A DNA stretch of 32,058 bases from Candidatus Heimdallarchaeota archaeon (GTDB lineage Archaea; Asgardarchaeota; Heimdallarchaeia; Heimdallarchaeales; Heimdallarchaeaceae), in assembly GCA_018238545.1 (NCBI GenBank), contig JABCTC010000038.1, positions 1 through 32,058 of the forward strand, in the 5' to 3' direction. A program made the translations under genes and the position numbers. The notes beneath the pieces are model-generated. The model saw only the letters and a program-made list of their open reading frames with translations. It made no database searches and was not told the DNA's origin. Below, in pieces: positions 7,767-15,574 of this stretch; the first letter of the stretch is position 1, and every line of letters begins with the position of its first letter.

Positions 7767-9713
7767 TTAACCATCCTCCTTTACAAAAATCATTTGTCTA
7801 ATTTTCTCAGCCAACATTTTACCTTCAAAATGGTAACTAAGTTCCTTTAGAACTTCTCCTGTAATCTTGCTTAGAATCAAATTTTGATATTCTTCAAACT
7901 CTTGAATTTTGTTTAGATCATATTTGTCAATCTTTGATTGGATTATCATTTCTACTTTCTCATCAGAAATTTCAGGCAAGTCAAATTTTTCCTTAATCTC
8001 CTCTTCTGTAGACTGAGGATTTTCAATTAGATAATTCAGAACTAACTCAACTTGCTCTTTGAAAATAATTTTTTTAGATAAAACACTTGCAAGTTTATCA
8101 ATCATTTCAGTTGTTAGAAGGAGATCCTTTCTCCTGGTAGCTCTAGGTAGGATGATAAGAAGTTTATAAGAGAGATTGCCATCCAACTGCAATTGTTCAG
8201 TATATTCGATGAATTTTGCTAGTTTTTCATCTCTAATTAATAAGTCGACATGGTTGTGATTAAAACCATACTTCTCATGTAATTCATCAAAAACTTCCCA
8301 TGGTTTCTTACCAATATTTTTCGTCAATTCTTTAATTCTATCTAAGGAAATAACAATGGGTGGGGTATCTGTATCAGGATAAATACGGTCTTTTCCATGA
8401 ATCACTCTCAAGAACTCTGAGTTACCATTGGGCAGAAATCTTCTAGTCTCTTGAGGTACACCGTCAATTGCCATCTTTACACGCTCAACTATCTTCTTCA
8501 TTGCGTGCAGAGCTCGTTTTTCTGGTCCTTCAACTACAATGAAGGCATCGTTTTCCTTTGGATTAAGAACCTTACAAATCTTGGAATACAGATCGTGATT
8601 TATTTTCACATCACTGGGATAATCGGAATTTGCTCTTAACGCACCATCTTCAATTTCATCACTATGGAATTGATTCTTTCTAGGGATGCCAGTTATCAGC
8701 ATACTTTTTTCGAATATCTCAAGACCAAAATCCTTGTTGGGTTGCACCTCAATTCCAAAAAGACCCTTCATTTTTGGAAAAATCGTTGCATAAACCTTCT
8801 CATTAGTATCAAATAATTGTGAGATATCAACATAAGTGTGTTCAAAATCCTCCTTCTTTATACCACGTTGTAACATCGTATTTTTTATTTCTATGAGCGC
8901 ATGTTGTCTTACTACTTCATGACGACACATTATATCAAACTTTTCTAAATCTTGAACTCCCTTAAGTTCTACTCGATCGCCTCCAGCGATGCTTATGTTA
9001 ACGTCTTGTCTAGCAGCACCACTCCCTCTTCTACCAATCTTACTTATTCTTAACACACGACCAATTTGCTTGGCAGTTTCTAGAAGTTCTTCAGGATTAT
9101 CCACATCCATATATTCTGTAATGATTTCTGTTAATGGAACCCCTAATCGATCTAAGTTGTAATAGACAGTTCTATTGGAAGTATCTTCCCAATTCACCCG
9201 TCTTGCAGCATCTTCCTCAATATGAACGTTGGTAATTCGAACTTTCTTACCGTTAACTGGAACCCATCCATCTCTTGCACAAATGAAAGTTCTTTGGAAA
9301 CCTGTTGTAATAGATCCATCGAGATATTGTTTTCTGTTAACAACTATTTCCTCAGCAAAAGCTGTACAATCAAAATAAGCCGCAAGAATAAAACCCTTTT
9401 CCATCATTTCCAAATCTGGAAAGAAAGGAGGTGTTTCATCCATATCATAGGTACATGTGTTTCTTTCATTAGCAAGATAAATGACCTTGTAGCCTTTCTC
9501 AAATTCCACAAGCATGCCAGGATCAAAATCTCCCATCTCACCTAACACAGGACGAAAATAGCGATAGAAACTATAATCCATATTTTCAGGGTTTTCTTCA
9601 AGAATAGGGGGGCAATTACAAAACAGTTTTCTTTTGGATTTCAACTGGTGATGAACTTCGAGTCCAGCATGGAATCCTAATTCTTTGAAATCGAGATTGT
9701 AAGGGTCTAACAT
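7767..9713 (-). CDS. gatE: Glutamyl-tRNA(Gln) amidotransferase subunit E
   Basis: GLEVHHQL, KLFCNCP, RKQYLDGSITTGFQRT, IEEDAAR, LDRLGVPLTEI, RQDVNISI, RVELKGVQ, GVPQETR and RIYPDTDTPPI. Confidence 0.95.
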   Translation of the reverse strand: MLDPYNLDFKELGFHAGLEVHHQLKSKRKLFCNCPPILEENPENMDYSFYRYFRPVLGEMGDFDPGMLVEFEKGYKVIYLANERNTCTYDMDETPPFFPDLEMMEKGFILAAYFDCTAFAEEIVVNRKQYLDGSITTGFQRTFICARDGWVPVNGKKVRITNVHIEEDAARRVNWEDTSNRTVYYNLDRLGVPLTEIITEYMDVDNPEELLETAKQIGRVLRISKIGRRGSGAARQDVNISIAGGDRVELKGVQDLEKFDIMCRHEVVRQHALIEIKNTMLQRGIKKEDFEHTYVDISQLFDTNEKVYATIFPKMKGLFGIEVQPNKDFGLEIFEKSMLITGIPRKNQFHSDEIEDGALRANSDYPSDVKINHDLYSKICKVLNPKENDAFIVVEGPEKRALHAMKKIVERVKMAIDGVPQETRRFLPNGNSEFLRVIHGKDRIYPDTDTPPIVISLDRIKELTKNIGKKPWEVFDELHEKYGFNHNHVDLLIRDEKLAKFIEYTEQLQLDGNLSYKLLIILPRATRRKDLLLTTEMIDKLASVLSKKIIFKEQVELVLNYLIENPQSTEEEIKEKFDLPEISDEKVEMIIQSKIDKYDLNKIQEFEEYQNLILSKITGEVLKELSYHFEGKMLAEKIRQMIFVKEDG

Positions 9714-9933
9714 TTGAACTGAATTAACGAAGTTAATGCGGTTTTAAATTTTCTTCAATGTAACATATTTTGATGTAAATAGTTTTAGATAAAATATTTA
9801 TTAATTAGATATCATCAAACAGGTGTTAAAGAAGATGCTAAAAGTGTTTCATGTAATTTAAGCGAAACAAAGTATCATCCGAATTATCAAAATAATTATA
9901 AGGAATAAGAATCAGAGTAATTTAGATACAACG

Positions 9934-10464
9934 ATGTCAACCTACAAGTATACCTTCAAGATTCTATTGCTCGGAGATGGAGCTGTCGGAAAAACAAGTT
10001 TAGTTCAGAGATTTATACACAATAAATTCCAAACTGGTTATCTTATGACAATAGGAATGGAACCATATTCAAGATTTGAAACTATCAAGGACACAAGAAT
10101 ATGCCTCCAACTTTGGGATATTGCTGGACAAGATCGTTTTGCGTCAATGAGACAAATCTTTTTCAAAGGCAGTTTGGGAGCACTTGTAACATACGATATT
10201 ACTCGACGACAATCATTTGAAAATCTTAAAACATGGATAAATGAAGCTCAAAATGAAAGCCCTCGCATTATGCTTATGCTTGTAGGAAATAAAAACGACC
10301 TAGATGATCTTCGTGACGTATCAACTGAAGAAGGTAAGAAATTTGCCGAAGAATCTGGTTGTATTGGTTTCATTGAAACTAGTGCTAAAAATGGCGTCAA
10401 TGTCGCTGAGGCTTTCTTAGCAATGGGAGAAGAAATCCTAACTAGTGTTGAAACTCAAGATTAA
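9934..10464 (+). CDS. Rab-like small GTPase
   Basis: G1 GDGAVGKT, G2 TIG, G3 WDIAGQ, G4 NKND, G5 ETSAK; RabF-like LQLW, RFASM, FFKGS and TYDIT; no C-terminal prenylation cysteine. Confidence 0.92.
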   Translation: MSTYKYTFKILLLGDGAVGKTSLVQRFIHNKFQTGYLMTIGMEPYSRFETIKDTRICLQLWDIAGQDRFASMRQIFFKGSLGALVTYDITRRQSFENLKTWINEAQNESPRIMLMLVGNKNDLDDLRDVSTEEGKKFAEESGCIGFIETSAKNGVNVAEAFLAMGEEILTSVETQD

Positions 10465-10985
10465 TCCCAATACATCTCGTCTTTGTTTTCTGTAAAAACA
10501 GTTTGTTCATTAGAGATGGATGGATCTACTGCAGCAAGCTGTTTTCTGATTCTTCTAGAGCTGATTATTATCCCTTTCTCATCGTAAACAAAGGGTACAA
10601 CTAAGATAATTAACTGGTCAAGTTTATTCATGGTTCTCAGTTTATTGATATCGACGGCTGTGGGATATGTTTCTTCTGTTACAATTATCCCTTCAGCATC
10701 GGGAGAGGAAAGTGCAAAACCATATCTATCATCAATAGCTATTATCTCAAATTTTTTACAGCCTCTCAGTATAAGATATTCGCGTAAAGTCTCCTTTCTT
10801 GCTTCAAAAGGCTGCATTAAATGGACATGTTTGTCACTTCGACGCAAACGTTTGGCAAAACCCTCTGTTGTGATTCCAACTCTTACAAAATGACCAAAAC
10901 TAACAGCTGCTTCCAACAAAGCCTTGTGCCCTTGATGAAGATGATCAAAAGTTCCTCCCAAAATTACTTCATCAACCCATGGCAT
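10461..10985 (-). CDS. coaD: Phosphopantetheine adenylyltransferase (archaeal/eukaryotic type)
   Basis: GGTFDHLHQGHKALL, IDDRYG, IIVTEET, INKLR and ISSRRIR. Confidence 0.88.
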   Translation of the reverse strand: MPWVDEVILGGTFDHLHQGHKALLEAAVSFGHFVRVGITTEGFAKRLRRSDKHVHLMQPFEARKETLREYLILRGCKKFEIIAIDDRYGFALSSPDAEGIIVTEETYPTAVDINKLRTMNKLDQLIILVVPFVYDEKGIIISSRRIRKQLAAVDPSISNEQTVFTENKDEMYWD

Positions 10986-11069
10986 AGTTTAAAACCTCAT
11001 TAACTAATAATATAAGTTCTCGCTTTGCTTTAAATCTTCCTTAAAGTCTAAAAGAAAATGATAAAAAGA

Positions 11070-11157
11070 TGGTGCCGCGAGCCGGAATTGAACCGGCGCC
11101 TAGGGAATTTTGCTGAAATATCCACAATCCCCAACGCTACCATTACGCCATCGCAGC
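11070..11157 (-). tRNA. tRNA-His(GUG) with a 14-nt intron at 37/38 (11108-11121) and encoded CCA
   Basis: Reverse complement folds as: acceptor GCTGCGA/TCGCGGC, D arm GCGT-AATGGTA-GCGT, anticodon arm GGGGA-TT-GTG-G[ATATTTCAGCAAAA]T-TCCCT, T arm GCCGG-TTCAATT-CCGGC, then A-CCA. Mature length is 74 nt. Confidence 0.93.
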
Positions 11158-11257
11158 AATATAATACCTTCATTCTGCCACTCTTTTTTAAAAATTGTTG
11201 TTGGATACTAATCAATCTAATGGGTACGTTTTTATTTATTGCTTTTTTTCTTTCCTC

Positions 11258-11737
11258 ATGAGCACTGGAAAGATTATTGTGCAATTACATAACTTCAGCA
11301 GTATCAATCTTTGTCGAGAATTTGCTAAAATTTCTTTAGGTTTAGGAGCAAGAGATATAATTTTCACTAAAGCTGGTGGAACTGGTGCCACCACAGGTGT
11401 TCCCATTGCACAAAAGTTGGCACATGCAAAGAAAGCTAATGTTCTGTATCTTCAAGAAATCGAAGATGCCATTGAGCTTATCTCACCAGATGAAGTTTAT
11501 CTTTTCATAAAACGACCTTTCTCAAAAGAAACTTATAACCCCACTAACATCGTTGAAAGTTATAAGGAAGGTAAAACCATTCTACTCATCTTTGGTGGGG
11601 CCGATCCTGGAATAACAAAAAGAGAGTTAGAATTAGGGGTTCCAGTTTATTTCAACAAGACTAACGAGTTAGGCTGTTTAGGAGAAGTTACTTTGGCACT
11701 TTATTTATTAAGAAATCTAATTGAAGATGAAGATTAA
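11258..11737 (+). CDS. DUF2122-like protein (SPOUT-fold putative RNA methyltransferase; often labelled 'RecB-family nuclease')
   Basis: VQLHNFSS, FTKAGG...GVPIAQKLA, IEDAIEL, IFGGADPGITKRELELG and terminal knot-like ELGCLG motifs. ATG at 11258 is preferred over TTG at 11195. Confidence 0.7.
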   Translation: MSTGKIIVQLHNFSSINLCREFAKISLGLGARDIIFTKAGGTGATTGVPIAQKLAHAKKANVLYLQEIEDAIELISPDEVYLFIKRPFSKETYNPTNIVESYKEGKTILLIFGGADPGITKRELELGVPVYFNKTNELGCLGEVTLALYLLRNLIEDED

Positions 11738-12270
11738 ATTACATCTTCTTCTTGAATGATTAATCTTACTAGATTTTTGAATGCTAGTTCCGCATTAGTT
11801 CCGTTTTTAGCAGAGGTAAAAAGAAATTCTGCATTTGTGTGATCTTCAACTATTTCTTTCATGTCATCTTCTGTTACTTGAAGTTCTGGTATATCACATT
11901 TGTTTGCTAAGAAAATAATGGGTTTCACCCCTACAACTTCAATAAATGACTCAACCCAAGATTTGAGATTTTCATAAGTAGTCATATTTGTTGCATCACA
12001 GACCGCAAGTGCACCTTTACTCCCAAAATAATACTTACTTCTAACTTTTTTGAACACTTCTTGACCCCCTACATCCCAAATTGCTAATGTTACTAAATAA
12101 TTAAGATATTCTACATCCTTCTTCATGATTGTTGTTCCTAGAGTAATTTGATAGGAAGGATCAAACATATTTGTAACAAAACGCCTAACTAATGATGTTT
12201 TACCTACTCTTCCATCACCAATAAGTACTATTTTACTTGTAGAATGTATTTTCTTAGACACCAATATCAC
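11734..12270 (-). CDS. Rab-like small GTPase
   Basis: GDGRVGKT, TLG, WDVGGQ, YYFGS, NKCD and TSAK; GTG start uncertain; no prenylation motif. Confidence 0.9.
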   Translation of the reverse strand: MILVSKKIHSTSKIVLIGDGRVGKTSLVRRFVTNMFDPSYQITLGTTIMKKDVEYLNYLVTLAIWDVGGQEVFKKVRSKYYFGSKGALAVCDATNMTTYENLKSWVESFIEVVGVKPIIFLANKCDIPELQVTEDDMKEIVEDHTNAEFLFTSAKNGTNAELAFKNLVRLIIQEEDVI

Positions 12271-12322
12271 TTATGTAAATATGTTTGTCAATCTGATATT
12301 TATGTATAGTTATAATTTTCAT

Positions 12323-13177
12323 TTATTTTTCGTAATAAAAAGCAACAGCACCATATCCTACCACACTGCTTTTGTCTCCAGATGTATCGCCTGAAGTAGC
12401 GTACCTTAGCAGCCTAGCGTTTTTTCTTCCCATTCTTCTAGCTGCTTCAATAGTACCAGCTATTGGTCCATAACCGCACATTGAAACGTTTAATCGTAAT
12501 CTAATATCATACATCTCCTTTGAATCCATTTTTTCAATAGCTTCTAGTATCAAATTGTCCTTCTTAGTAGCTGTATCATGAGATTCAAAATGAGTAAAAT
12601 CGCTACTCGCTATAACAAGAACGTTTTTTCCATGGCTCACTTTTGCTATAATTTCACCTAGCGTCATACTTGCATCATAACCTTGATTGAGCATAGCAAT
12701 AGGTACGAAATTAAACTGTTTATCGAAGATATATTGTAAGAAAGGGAGTTGAACCTCTATCGAATGTTCTCGTGCATGAGATTCATCACTTTTTTGTATC
12801 AAGCTTGAAGAATTTACTAGTTCCTCAAGTAGTTCATGGTTAACTTCAACTTCACCTAAGGGAGTTTTCCATGACTGAACCTTATTTGGTACACCGATAT
12901 CAACACCTAATCCAGTATGATTTGGTCCGAGGATAATTACAGTACTAGGGAGAGGATATTTACTGAGTTCCAAATAACTCCAAGCTGCAATGGGACCGCT
13001 ATACATGTACCCAGCATGTGGAACCAGAAGGTAAGGAAATGGATCAGTTGCAACTTGGTCCTTATTTGGGAGTTGTTGAGGACCTAAAGAGCTTGTGAAA
13101 CTATTTTCAATTGATTGTAGGAGATGGTCTGGATTACTAGGATAAAATGAACCAGCATATTGAGCGTTCCTTATCAT
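12323..13177 (-). CDS. MEMO1-family protein (AmmeMemoRadiSam system protein B)
   Basis: AGSFYP, PHAGYMYSG, GPNHTG, WKTPLG, EHSIEVQLPFLQ, ASSDFTH, MCGYGP, YATSGD and VVGY. Confidence 0.92.
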   Translation of the reverse strand: MIRNAQYAGSFYPSNPDHLLQSIENSFTSSLGPQQLPNKDQVATDPFPYLLVPHAGYMYSGPIAAWSYLELSKYPLPSTVIILGPNHTGLGVDIGVPNKVQSWKTPLGEVEVNHELLEELVNSSSLIQKSDESHAREHSIEVQLPFLQYIFDKQFNFVPIAMLNQGYDASMTLGEIIAKVSHGKNVLVIASSDFTHFESHDTATKKDNLILEAIEKMDSKEMYDIRLRLNVSMCGYGPIAGTIEAARRMGRKNARLLRYATSGDTSGDKSSVVGYGAVAFYYEK

Positions 13178-13228
13178 ATGTTGACAAATGAATTAGGAAA
13201 TAAAAAGTATGCCCCCTTAACCACTAAT

Positions 13229-15574
13229 CTATGGTATAATATGAAAGTCTAGTTGCATGTTATTCATAAGTGATACAATTTTCTTACCTTCTTCAGAACT
13301 TAGAGGAATACTGTTAATCTGGCGTATTCTAATTTCGTCTTTTCCTTCATCCTTTATCTTTTTGAAATAATCTTGTATGGTACTGAAGATAAACATCAGA
13401 TTGTGGTCATCATTAAACTCAGGTAAAATTTCGATGTTGTTTATGTATTCAACTTTCTGTTGTTTCTTGAAATGAAGAGCAGCGATAGGTTCTTCATTTC
13501 TTAGAATTAGTTCTGCGAAGTCTGTGGGCATAGATCGGAGGAAGAAAGATCTTAGTTTGAAACGTTTAAGTAGATATTCTTTGTATAATAGTATTAATGG
13601 ATCATTTCTTGGTAAATATACAAAAACCGTTCCACTTTTATCGGTTGGTTCTTCACTTTTCTGATAAACATAAGCTGTTATAGACTCCTCTATAACCTTT
13701 GTTGTAAACTGTACATCACTCTCTTCTTCAAGAAATCTTCCAGTTCGAACGTTCTTTGAAGCAATTAGCTCCTTAAGATATACTTCCAATTGAGTGTTAG
13801 AAAGACCAGTTAGGTTAGCTAATTGTCTAATCGAGAGTGGTAAGTTAGAGGACAATATCCTATAAATAATTTCTAACCATGCATCTCTTTGAGAATCAAC
13901 AGATTTTGGTTTTGAAGTACTCAAGAATTTAGAAACAGATAACCATATTACCTGGTTTGAGATATTTTTGGTTTGAATAACTTTACATGTAGTTTCTAGA
14001 CGGTGCAAAATAGACATTAGCACCCTATCAGATAGATTCAACAGACTTTTCAGTTGTTTGAAAGTTACTTTTTCCTTTTGTTTAATGGTGTTAAGAGCTC
14101 TTTCTTCTAGTACTCCTACGTTTCTTGTAGGACGAAGTTTTGCATAAAAAGGATAATCCTCAGAATTAATTAATCCTCTAGGAAAACTACTATACTTTCC
14201 TCGAACTATTTTTCTGTCAATTTGCAGCTCATTCAGAATGTTTTCTTTTCCTGTAGAGATACGGATCAGTAGTGATTCATACGATAGAGGTATGCCAATA
14301 AAGGATAAGCTTCTAAGTAAATCTGCTTTTGTAACAATCTGTTTGTGTTTAGTAAGGAATTGGTTATCAATAAGTAAAGGAAAGACATCTTGAATTGAAA
14401 TAGATTCTTTACTTCCTTCAGGTTTGGTCAATTTTGAACGATGATAAGTTAATCCTGAAGTTCTTTGAACATAACCACGCTGTTTTAGTGCTTCAACAAA
14501 GGTACGAGACTGATTTTCTAGCAGTTCAGATTGCATTTTTGGAAAAACAAGGATTTTTCCTTTATTCTCTGAGAATTCTTGGATTTTGTTTTGGATTTTA
14601 TCTTCTAGAGGGATGAATGCTGAATTTTTGACGAGATTAATCACGTGCAAATTATCACCAATTACTTTGTAATCAAAGGTACAGACAGGTTTACCCGAAA
14701 CAAACACAATTTCCTTTTGAATGTCTTGAAGTACTGTAAAATCAGCTGAAGACCAATAAACTGAATATGGATCTGTGGTCGGAAGAATCTCAAATTGATA
14801 TGATTTTTCCTTTTTTTCTTTTTCAGAGAACTCTTCCAAAAACTCTAGTTCGTCTGTGGCTAGAAAGCCTTCATAACTGGAATTTTCAATGAAATGTCCC
14901 CTAACTATCTTTTTACTCTCATATAGTTCAATAATACTTGTACTCACTCTACTTCCAGATAAATTAAGAATGCGCATAATCTGTGGTACAGTTATTGGAC
15001 CAAAACTCTTTATGATTTTGTAGATTAGTTCTTTGATGGCAGATGATTGGCTTCTGGATTCCTTAGTAAGTAGCAAGTCAGAACTGTAAATAGTCCAACG
15101 AGTACCATCGTAAAACATGAACACTTGAAAATTTAATCTTAGTTCAGAAAGTATATCCATTACTTCTTCTTTCTTTAATTTGAACTGTTCGATAATTCTT
15201 TGTCTTGTAGATGAACCATGTTCTCTGATGAATTCCAATACATTTTTTGTTTGTGGTTTCTTATAATCTATTTCCTCTGATAGATTGCTGTAATAGAGTA
15301 TTTCAAGATTTTCTCTTCCAACATATGCTAGTTTTCCAGAGATAAAAGGTGCCTGTATGAGATGTTTGTTTTTTATTAAAGAAGGAATTAAGGTGTGAGA
15401 AAAAGTTCGCATCCTAGCAAATAATGATTCGGGATCTTGAAACAGAACAATATTATTCAATATTGATATCGCATGACCGTAATTGACACCCTTGAATTCA
15501 GTGGATAAATTCTGTTTCTCAGATAGGTAAAGAGATAGTTCTTCAAGGTTTAATGAGATGTGTGACACAGACAT
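13229..15574 (-). CDS. Protein made of two tandem AlkZ/YcaQ(HTH_42)-like winged-helix modules; putative Lhr partner
   Basis: Two roughly 390-aa units, each with SLxxR, winged-helix signatures (HGSSTRQRI, FGPITVPQI, LPLSIRQL), I/VRG/TG(H/R)F, LPxxDP (LPTTDP, LPRNDP) and a beta-rich tail; similar to the Lhr C-terminal repeats. Confidence 0.7.
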   Translation of the reverse strand: MSVSHISLNLEELSLYLSEKQNLSTEFKGVNYGHAISILNNIVLFQDPESLFARMRTFSHTLIPSLIKNKHLIQAPFISGKLAYVGRENLEILYYSNLSEEIDYKKPQTKNVLEFIREHGSSTRQRIIEQFKLKKEEVMDILSELRLNFQVFMFYDGTRWTIYSSDLLLTKESRSQSSAIKELIYKIIKSFGPITVPQIMRILNLSGSRVSTSIIELYESKKIVRGHFIENSSYEGFLATDELEFLEEFSEKEKKEKSYQFEILPTTDPYSVYWSSADFTVLQDIQKEIVFVSGKPVCTFDYKVIGDNLHVINLVKNSAFIPLEDKIQNKIQEFSENKGKILVFPKMQSELLENQSRTFVEALKQRGYVQRTSGLTYHRSKLTKPEGSKESISIQDVFPLLIDNQFLTKHKQIVTKADLLRSLSFIGIPLSYESLLIRISTGKENILNELQIDRKIVRGKYSSFPRGLINSEDYPFYAKLRPTRNVGVLEERALNTIKQKEKVTFKQLKSLLNLSDRVLMSILHRLETTCKVIQTKNISNQVIWLSVSKFLSTSKPKSVDSQRDAWLEIIYRILSSNLPLSIRQLANLTGLSNTQLEVYLKELIASKNVRTGRFLEEESDVQFTTKVIEESITAYVYQKSEEPTDKSGTVFVYLPRNDPLILLYKEYLLKRFKLRSFFLRSMPTDFAELILRNEEPIAALHFKKQQKVEYINNIEILPEFNDDHNLMFIFSTIQDYFKKIKDEGKDEIRIRQINSIPLSSEEGKKIVSLMNNMQLDFHIIP

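Noticed and set aside
11070-11157. tRNA as an integration site for a genomic island
   Set aside because: No duplicate of the tRNA 3' end and no integrase were noticed; the flanks are housekeeping genes.
11048-11284. ORFs 11048..11284 (-) and 11058..11261 (+)
   Set aside because: They overlap the tRNA-His gene and its promoter and have no protein motifs.
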